A stretch of DNA of 58,410 bases from Patescibacteria group bacterium (lineage in GTDB: Bacteria; Patescibacteriota; Patescibacteriia; UBA9570), in NCBI GenBank assembly GCA_024277435.1, contig JAJRVJ010000015.1:1-58410 (forward strand), in the 5' to 3' direction. Below the pieces are notes generated by a model. That model was not told the DNA's origin, made no database searches, and saw only the letters and a program-made list of their open reading frames with translations. Position numbers and translations under genes: made by a program. Numbering within the stretch: position 1 is the stretch's first letter; each line of letters begins with the position of its first letter. Below, in pieces: positions 52,601-58,410 of this stretch.

Positions 52601-53554
52601 CAAGGTTTACCGCGTGTTGAAGAATTATTTGAAGCGCGTCCATTAAAGCGTGGAGCTATTCTTTCAGCCATTGAAGGTAAATTGATAGATATTGATACGT
52701 CTGGCACTCAGAAAGTGTTAAAGATTTCTACTACACGTAACATTAAGACTGTTCAGAAGATTACCAAAACCATGACTGTTACAGCGAAGGATGGTGATAA
52801 AGTAAAAATTGATGATCCTATTGCTGAACGTGCGAAGAAACCTATCCTAGCGAAGAGTGCAGGCACCATTACACTTACCGACAAAGAAATTCAAATATTT
52901 GGTGAAGAAGATCATGTGGAAGAATATCCAGTACCAGTAGGATTTAATGTACTTGTTGAGAAGGGTGAGTTAGTTACTTCAGGGCAACAACTAAGTGAGG
53001 GTAGCTTAGATCTTCATGATCTTTATGCTCTGCGTGGACGAGATGATGTACAGCGATATATCTTGAAAGAAATTCAATATATCTATTCATCACAGGGTCA
53101 GAAGTTAAATGATAAACACGTTGAAGTGATTGTGCGCCAAATGTTCTCACGTTTCCGCATCGTTGAGCCAGGCGATACTGATTTGGTAACAGGCGATGTA
53201 GTAACAAGTGATCAGCTAAGAGAGGCTATTGAAGCATCTGGCGGTGAAGCACCAGAGGTTGAAAATATCTTACTTGGTATCACTAAAGCTTCTTTATCAA
53301 CCGAAAGTTTCTTATCAGCAGCTTCATTCCAAGAAACAGCTCGCGTATTAATTGATGCAGCGGTAACTGGTAAAGTAGATTACCTCCGTGGCCTTAAGGA
53401 AAATGTAATCATTGGTAAGCTTATTCCAGTAGGAACTGGATACGGCGTAGACCATGAAGCATTAGCGGCTGAAATTGAAGCCGAAGAAAAGAAGAGGTAC
53501 GAATTGCGTAAAGCAGAGGCTCGCGCTCGTCGTGAACTTGCAGAAGAACAATAG
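49616..53554 (+). CDS. rpoC: RNA polymerase subunit beta'
   Basis: Zn finger CYCGKYK...CDKCG, NADFDGDQM, GEPGTQLTMRTFH. Confidence 0.99.
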   Translation: MQEGQVTRTHDFDAIRLRIASSDEIHEWSHGEITRPETINYRTQKPEKDGLFCEKIFGPSKDWECYCGKYKKIRYKGIICDKCGVEVTRSIVRRERMGHIDLAAPVTHIWFLRGVPSKIGLILDLSVQSLEKVIYFANFIINDVDMELKEQTLEQIESEATQKIKSIKGESSKALKDIETERDKAIEAVNTDKQKEKVAAKYEQELINAAIIRDEKLKDVDDAVDMAKKELKALKPMEIISETKYQDLSLKYGHLFDASIGAEAIKELLLEVDVEKMITELEEEIVDASKNKRTRLVRRLKLVKNLKKNKIRPEWMIMTAVPVIPPDLRPMVQLDGGRFAASDLNDLYRRVINRNNRLKRLKELNAPEVIQRNEKRMLQEAVDALIDNGARHGKTVTASTGQKRQLKSLADMLKGKQGRFRQNLLGKRVDYSGRSVIVVGPHLKLHQCGIPKKMALELFRPFVISKLIEREYVYNVRSANRFIESGRSEVWDILEEVTKEAYVMLNRAPTLHRLGIQAFRPILIEGKAIQIHPLVCTAFNADFDGDQMAVHVPLTEEAKEEAGNIMLSSKNLLKPATGEPVITPSQDIVLGVYFMTTVHDPVDDRKMYFADKEEATMAYQLGRITLQEKVHVKIKDELIETSVGRIIFNELLPEDQQFANVLVDKKELKGMIAKTFQIHGDERTVILIDAVKDTAIEYVTKSGLSWGIEDTPLVEQKKPLVAEADKEVEEVYKQYEMGLLTDDERRARIIEIWTRTKSLITGHVQNALDEDSSAFAMIDSGARGSWGQLTQMMGMKGMVISSSGETIELPVKASFKEGFDVLEYFISTHGARKGLTDTALRTANAGYLTRRLIDVAQEVIVHEEDCGTKDGKVITVEESEEMSQTLIERMLGRVLAEGIKDGSKTVIKRNTLITEDLVQDLEKLKITEAKLRSVLTCDTLRGTCQKCYGYDLGHNKMVTIGTAVGIIAAQSIGEPGTQLTMRTFHTGGVAGADITQGLPRVEELFEARPLKRGAILSAIEGKLIDIDTSGTQKVLKISTTRNIKTVQKITKTMTVTAKDGDKVKIDDPIAERAKKPILAKSAGTITLTDKEIQIFGEEDHVEEYPVPVGFNVLVEKGELVTSGQQLSEGSLDLHDLYALRGRDDVQRYILKEIQYIYSSQGQKLNDKHVEVIVRQMFSRFRIVEPGDTDLVTGDVVTSDQLREAIEASGGEAPEVENILLGITKASLSTESFLSAASFQETARVLIDAAVTGKVDYLRGLKENVIIGKLIPVGTGYGVDHEALAAEIEAEEKKRYELRKAEARARRELAEEQ

Positions 53555-53581
53555 ATTACGCAGGTTAACAAGTGTATGTTC

Positions 53582-53614
53582 CAGTAGAGCCGCCCTAACG
53601 GGGTGGCTCTACTG
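53582..53614 (+). terminator. rpoBC terminator hairpin
   Basis: CAGTAGAGCCGCCC-TAACG-GGGTGGCTCTACTG. Confidence 0.7.
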
Positions 53615-53640
53615 TTAGCATCTCGTGCTATACTATTGTT

Positions 53641-55020
53641 ATGAATACACATAAAAATCGATACTCAAGAAGTATTACAGATCAACCGAATACCATCTTA
53701 ATCAAAGACGGTTCATATATTATTACTACAAACGATAAAGATGAGGTTGTTGTATTGAGAGGGAAATCTATTTATATTAAGAATGGTGTTGTTGAAGAGA
53801 TTATTGATGCCGGCGCAGAGGGGAATTTATTACAGTCTGTTGACATGGTATATAATGCTGGTTTACGTGGAGGCACTGTGCTTACTCCAGGTTTTGTTAA
53901 TGCACATTCGCATCCGCCAATGTATCTTTTACGTTCAACTACATTGTTAAGTAACGATACAGCCACTACTGAGGAATCATTAGCTGTAGCGCGTACCATT
54001 GAGCAAACTATGACACTGGATGATCAAAAGTATGCGGCATTGGGTGATTTTACCGAGCAACAAAAATTAGGTACCACTACAGTATTATCTCATTATCATA
54101 CACCGGAAGCTACTCGCTGGGCGGCTCGTAAAGCTCACGTACGCTTAGTTGACGCCATTAGTATGGCTAGTAAAACGGATCCATCAGCAAGTTTAGAAAA
54201 AGCCCAGGCTACATTTAGTGATGTTGATGAATTGATCTCTGCTGGTATAACCATCCATACTATGGAGCGAGTTTCTGTAGAAGAACTTAAGGCTGTTAAG
54301 CAGGTGATGGACGCATATCCTGAAGTACTGCTTACCATTCATTGCGGAGAAACGGTTACCGAAGTTGAGGGGTCACTTAAAAAACATGGTAAGCGACCAA
54401 TTGCTGTTTTACATGAAGCCGGATTATTAAGTGAGCGTTTAGTATTATCGCATGCTGTACATTTTACCGATGATGAAATTTCTTTACTGGTAAAAAATAA
54501 TGTTGGAGTGGTGCATTTACCAACATCAAACCGTATTCATAAATCTGGTCAATTCAATTACGGAATGTTCTACCAAGAAAACGAAGCGCAACGGGTAGCC
54601 CTGGGAACTGATAGTGTAATTTCAAAAAGTAAGCTTGATATTATTTCGGAAGCATTTCAAAGTAAGGTAATGCATCAAGATAGTGATAATCCGGTAAGCT
54701 ATGAAGAATTATTTAAGATGATGACTATTAATGGCGCACGGGTATTAGGTATGGGTGATACGGTTGGAAAAATATGGCCAGGCTATAAGGCGGATATTGC
54801 ATTTTGGAAATTAAAAGATCGTGGGTTTATTCCATATGATTCTGAAAATCCAAATACTTTAATTGGTAATATGATTACTCATGGGGCTACAGCAATACGT
54901 GATTTAATGATTGGTGGTACGTTTGTTATTTCTCATCGTAAACATGTATTAGTAAATGAAAGTAAGTTGCTAGCAGATTTGCAACAACGTCATATTGAAT
55001 TACGTGATAGAGTGGCGTAG
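53641..55020 (+). CDS. Amidohydrolase family deaminase (MtaD/SsnA-like)
   Basis: PGFVNAHSH, IHCGE, SHAVH, LGTD, G.I.PG.KAD. Confidence 0.88.
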   Translation: MNTHKNRYSRSITDQPNTILIKDGSYIITTNDKDEVVVLRGKSIYIKNGVVEEIIDAGAEGNLLQSVDMVYNAGLRGGTVLTPGFVNAHSHPPMYLLRSTTLLSNDTATTEESLAVARTIEQTMTLDDQKYAALGDFTEQQKLGTTTVLSHYHTPEATRWAARKAHVRLVDAISMASKTDPSASLEKAQATFSDVDELISAGITIHTMERVSVEELKAVKQVMDAYPEVLLTIHCGETVTEVEGSLKKHGKRPIAVLHEAGLLSERLVLSHAVHFTDDEISLLVKNNVGVVHLPTSNRIHKSGQFNYGMFYQENEAQRVALGTDSVISKSKLDIISEAFQSKVMHQDSDNPVSYEELFKMMTINGARVLGMGDTVGKIWPGYKADIAFWKLKDRGFIPYDSENPNTLIGNMITHGATAIRDLMIGGTFVISHRKHVLVNESKLLADLQQRHIELRDRVA

Positions 55021-55023
55021 GTG

Positions 55024-55761
55024 TTAGAAGAATAATAGCTTAATGGCTATGCCGGACACAAATATTGTAAATACTGTTTTTGCCCAAGCAGTACCTTTTG
55101 TAATTGTAAGATGAGCACCAATATACGATCCGGTTGTCATACCCACTAACAGAGAGATGCCTAGAGGCCAATCCACTAATCCGTGCCAAATAAATACTAC
55201 TAAGGCACTAATTATTCCTAATGAAAATGGAATTAAACCAGTTGCAATTGCTTGAGTAAAAGTCATACGAAATATTCCTAGCTTAGTAAGCATGGCAATT
55301 GTGCCCGCTCCGGCTCCAAGAAATCCTGTATAAATTGTGTTTGCAAAATAAATGATAAAGCCTAGAATGTCACGTGGCTTGGAAGTAGATTTTTCTTTTA
55401 CCCCAAGATCCTTTTTTATATGCATGAGAGGTAAAATAATAAGGATCATTATTGCGATGATATTCTTAATGAGATCTTCATTAATTTCCACTAACAAGCT
55501 TGCGCCAATTGCCCCGCCTATAATTTGTAGTATAGAAAATGGTATAGCGTACTTCCATACGATGTGCCCTTTACCTAGGTAGCGCATGAGGCCTCCGGTA
55601 ATAAGGCCAAATGAACCAAGGCGATTTGTAGCTATGGCTATTTGTGGAGGTAGACCAAATAGTAACAGTAAAGGAATTGTAATGAGCCCTGCTCCACCGG
55701 CGATGATACCAAAAAAGCTGGCGATTGTGCCAACTCCGTATACTATTAGTATGTTTTGCAT
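55024..55761 (-). CDS. TauE/SafE (TSUP) family transporter
   Basis: GGAGLITIP.L...GLPP..AIATN, YTGFLGAGAG. Confidence 0.9.
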   Translation of the reverse strand: MQNILIVYGVGTIASFFGIIAGGAGLITIPLLLLFGLPPQIAIATNRLGSFGLITGGLMRYLGKGHIVWKYAIPFSILQIIGGAIGASLLVEINEDLIKNIIAIMILIILPLMHIKKDLGVKEKSTSKPRDILGFIIYFANTIYTGFLGAGAGTIAMLTKLGIFRMTFTQAIATGLIPFSLGIISALVVFIWHGLVDWPLGISLLVGMTTGSYIGAHLTITKGTAWAKTVFTIFVSGIAIKLLFF

Positions 55762-55767
55762 CTAGTA

Positions 55768-56859
55768 TTATTTTTTTAATGCATAGTTTGGTGCATCAGC
55801 AATTTGCGCGAGGCTATGAGGGTGACTTTCATTAAATCCGGCGTTGGTAATGCGAACAAATTTACCGCGTTTATGTAGTTCTTCAATCGTTGGTGCGCCA
55901 GAATATCCCATACCAGCTCGCAATCCACCAAGGAGTTGGTATACAACATCATCAACAGACCCTTTATATTTAATGCGACCAACAATACCTTCTGGAACGA
56001 GTTTTTTTGCTTCAGTTACAGATTCTTGAAGATAACGATCTTTACTGCCGCGTTGCATAGCTTCCATCGATCCCATTCCGCGGTAAGTTTTATATTTTAC
56101 GCCATTCTCTTCAGTTACTTCACCTGGTGCTTCATCGGTACCAGCCAGAACTCCACCCATCATTACTACATCTGCTCCTGCGGCTAATGCTTTAACAATG
56201 TCACCAGAATATCGAATGCCACCATCAGCAATAATTGGGATGCCAGCTTTGTGAGCCACTTCAGCACAGTTCATAACTGCGGTGAGTTGCGGTACGCCTA
56301 CTCCAGCTACAATACGGGTTGTACAAATGGATCCAGGCCCAATACCAACTTTTACAGCATCAGCACCAGCTTTGATGAGATCTTTCGTAGCTTCGGCTGT
56401 TGCAACATTTCCTCCAACTATTTGTACGTTTGGGTATTCCTTTTTAAGAAAGCTCACCATATCAAGTACACCCTGAGAATGACCATGGGCGCTATCAACT
56501 ATCAGTACATCAACTCGTGCCTTTACCAATGCTTTGGCACGCAGTTTAGCTTTGTCACCAACACTCACGGCTGCACCAGCTAGTACGCCGGCTTGTTTTA
56601 CTTCTTTCACAGCTGCTACTTGTTCAGCTTCATCAAGATTTTTATGTACAATTCCCATTCCGCCTTCTTTTCCCATAGCAATAGCCATACTTGCCTCGGT
56701 AACAGTATCCATTGGGGATGATAATAGAGGAATATCTAGAGTGATAGTTTTTGTGAGGCGTGTGCGTAATTCAACGTCGCGAGGCAACACTTCAGACTTC
56801 TGCGGTATGAGCAGAACGTCGTCAAATGTTAGAGCTTCTTCAATCAATCCTTTTTGCAT
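55768..56859 (-). CDS. guaB: IMP dehydrogenase (CBS-less form)
   Basis: [44 protein letters not shown]. Confidence 0.96.
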   Translation of the reverse strand: MQKGLIEEALTFDDVLLIPQKSEVLPRDVELRTRLTKTITLDIPLLSSPMDTVTEASMAIAMGKEGGMGIVHKNLDEAEQVAAVKEVKQAGVLAGAAVSVGDKAKLRAKALVKARVDVLIVDSAHGHSQGVLDMVSFLKKEYPNVQIVGGNVATAEATKDLIKAGADAVKVGIGPGSICTTRIVAGVGVPQLTAVMNCAEVAHKAGIPIIADGGIRYSGDIVKALAAGADVVMMGGVLAGTDEAPGEVTEENGVKYKTYRGMGSMEAMQRGSKDRYLQESVTEAKKLVPEGIVGRIKYKGSVDDVVYQLLGGLRAGMGYSGAPTIEELHKRGKFVRITNAGFNESHPHSLAQIADAPNYALKK

Positions 56860-56981
56860 ATATTAAAAAGGAGTATAGCAAGGAAATGCTATGCTGTCAA
56901 CAATTGGTTGATATTTTTAGATTCTTGTTCAATATCTTCCTTTATTTACTAATTACTCATAAAGAACTGTATTGAGCAGGC

Positions 56982-57077
56982 TCCCTCGGAAACAACGATG
57001 TATAGTCGTTGCTCCGAGGGATGGTTCTGCACTGAATTACCCATAGTAAGGGTGCGTCGTGAGAGACGCTTCCCTTA
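56982..57077 (-). other. Tandem 3' hairpins of cassette D
   Basis: TAAGGG..GCGTC/GACGC..CCCTTA (57047-57077, includes the stop codon) and CCCTCGGAGCAACGA/TCGTTGTTTCCGAGGG (56982-57021). Confidence 0.65.
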
Positions 57078-57386
57078 GAGGGTTCCGCGCCAACCGCCCA
57101 GCTCGTCGAGCGGGATCATCTGGTCGGGGGCGGGCAGGCCGTGGCTGGCGTGGCAGGTGACGCAGTCTGTGGTGTTGCCAAAGTCCAGGGAGTTTGGCAT
57201 CGGCTTCCAGTAGTTGCCGTACTCGTTGTAGCCGCCCAGCTCGTCGTTGTCGCTCGGCATCAGCCCCTCGAACAGCCGGTTGTCCAGGTTCACCTGGACC
57301 TGCCAGGCCGAGGGCCGCCACCAGAAGGCGATGAGGATGATGGTGGCGAGGATGGCCGCGAATCGGCCGGTAGTCAAGGTCTTCAT
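57075..57386 (-). CDS. GC-rich membrane-anchored protein with CxxCH motif, 103 aa (cassette D)
   Basis: GAGGAGG 5 nt before ATG 57386; almost all codons end in G/C; N-terminal hydrophobic helix; CVTCHASHG. Confidence 0.75.
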   Translation of the reverse strand: MKTLTTGRFAAILATIILIAFWWRPSAWQVQVNLDNRLFEGLMPSDNDELGGYNEYGNYWKPMPNSLDFGNTTDCVTCHASHGLPAPDQMIPLDELGGWRGTL

Positions 57387-57429
57387 GAATTCCTCCTCAG
57401 AGGGAAGCGGGATATCAGTGCGTTGGTTG

Positions 57430-57510
57430 AAGTGCACGCCCGCGGCGAGAGATTCAGAATGGCAAATATATAATGGCCTTCTGTAAATCCCTCCACGCGA
57501 GCGTACACTT
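57430..57510 (-). other. Leader hairpin of cassette D
   Basis: AAGTGTACGCTCGCG/CGCGGGCGTGCACTT (15 bp, G-U on the minus strand) plus inner stems, directly after GTTCTTTTT (57524-57516). Confidence 0.75.
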
Positions 57511-57787
57511 ACTCTAAAAAGAACGTTGAATGTTTTGTATTTCACATCCAAAGATAATGTTCCTCCTAAACATTTTTTACAAAAATATGCGCATCCATTA
57601 TCTATGAATGTGAAAACTATTGAGATGGTTGCATCTCATTAAGAAAGCTCGTTAACTTAAATATATCAGATCGATAATCATAGTGATATCTTATTAATAT
57701 AATTAGTTACCTACTTCACTATTTACCAATCTATTACGTAATTGATAAATAGTGGGCAGGAGCGGAAGGAGGCGAGGCGATGAACGA

Positions 57788-58075
57788 CTAGGTCGTTATA
57801 CCGCACTCGTTGCCACCTTCCGCGGGGAGCAGAGTATACTCCCGCTTCTTCCTGAGCGTCGGACCGAACCAGAACCAGGCCGAGAGGGCCGGGACTGCGA
57901 CGGTGGCGCCGAAGAAGAAGATCGCCGCCAGGCCGCTGTTGCAGCAGGGCGCCGATCCGGCGGCCCAGTCAGCGCAGGCGTCAACGCCACTGGCGAGCAT
58001 CGCCAGGGTGAATAGGCCGATGATGGCCCAGCCGGAGCGATCCGGACGGGAAGGGGTGAGGGTTCTTGCTGCCAT
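57788..58075 (-). CDS. GC-rich two-TM orphan protein, 95 aa (cassette E)
   Basis: GGAGAG 8 nt before ATG 58075; G/C-ending codons; two hydrophobic helices around a Cys-containing loop; stop codon at the loop of hairpin 57762-57823. Confidence 0.7.
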   Translation of the reverse strand: MAARTLTPSRPDRSGWAIIGLFTLAMLASGVDACADWAAGSAPCCNSGLAAIFFFGATVAVPALSAWFWFGPTLRKKREYTLLPAEGGNECGITT

Positions 58076-58106
58076 AAGAGGGTCTCTCCAATGGAGCGTG
58101 GCTAAG

Positions 58107-58261
58107 TCCACGCTCACTATCAGCTACGGAGTTCAGACGAAAAATAAATAGAGGTCTGCTCGCGTAGCTAGTAGCGGGCGTGGATTAGGAACCACCCACT
58201 GGTAGGAATCGAGGAAACGGTGAATATATATTGACCTTCCTACAATTCCTCCCAGCGAGCG
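58107..58261 (-). other. Two long leader hairpins of cassette E
   Basis: 58193-58261 (CGCTCGCTGG/CCAGTGGGTG, AGGAATTG/CGATTCCT) and 58107-58184 (TCCACGC/GCGTGGA, TAGCTACG/CGTAGCTG, CAGAC/GTCTG); G-U pairs on the minus strand. Confidence 0.75.
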
Positions 58262-58272
58262 CTCAGCCGCAG

Positions 58273-58410
58273 CGTCACCGTTCCATATCTGGCGCGTTTT
58301 TTAATAGATTAAATCTAATACCTCAGACCATGTAGCCTGTTTTTTCATACTCAGTTCCATGGAACATTTTCCATTCAGATGCCTGAATGGATCACTGCAA
58401 TCGGTAAAAG
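58273..58410 (-). mobile_element. Second copy of the same IS end, truncated by contig end
   Basis: Exact reverse complement of 2-139; transposase-like frame ends at TAA 58303-58301. Confidence 0.65.

Noticed and set aside
57037-58151. Alternative-frame and antisense ORFs over cassettes D and E, and the upstream TTG/GTG starts for A, B, D and E
   Set aside because: High GC3 keeps other frames open. The extensions run through RNA hairpins, while the chosen ATGs have well-spaced SDs and consistent codon bias.
56960-58272. Integron cassette array or DGR as explanation for the GC-rich ORFs
   Set aside because: No integrase or reverse transcriptase, no clear RYYYAAC/GTTRRRY attC ends, no template/variable repeat pair, and the cassettes are dispersed.

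Overview
AT-rich (roughly 38-40% GC by eye), code-11 chromosomal contig whose gene content and style point to a Patescibacterium (CPR, Parcubacteria-like; inference). It carries an unlinked 23S-5S rRNA operon, tRNA-Leu(TAG), housekeeping genes (polA, holA, rpsT, uvrB, ruvA, xseAB, lexA, murE, rpoB, rpoC, guaB), HAD/phosphatase genes and secreted surface proteins. Both ends stop inside the same 138-bp sequence in inverted orientation, which looks like the 3' end of an IS transposase plus its terminus. rpoB has a single in-frame TAA. Most housekeeping genes lack a Shine-Dalgarno (SD) and have a -10 box 6-12 nt before the ATG, i.e. leaderless or near-leaderless. In contrast, five scattered short GC-rich orphan genes (140-466, 16510-16722, 23922-24134, 57075-57386, 57788-58075) share a different design: strong SD, GC-rich codons, long G-U-containing hairpins around the ORF and, in four of five, a boxA-like motif. 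One encodes a membrane-anchored CxxCH protein. This cassette class is the best candidate for an undescribed system, possibly stabilised mRNAs built for translation by a GC-rich host (hypothesis).
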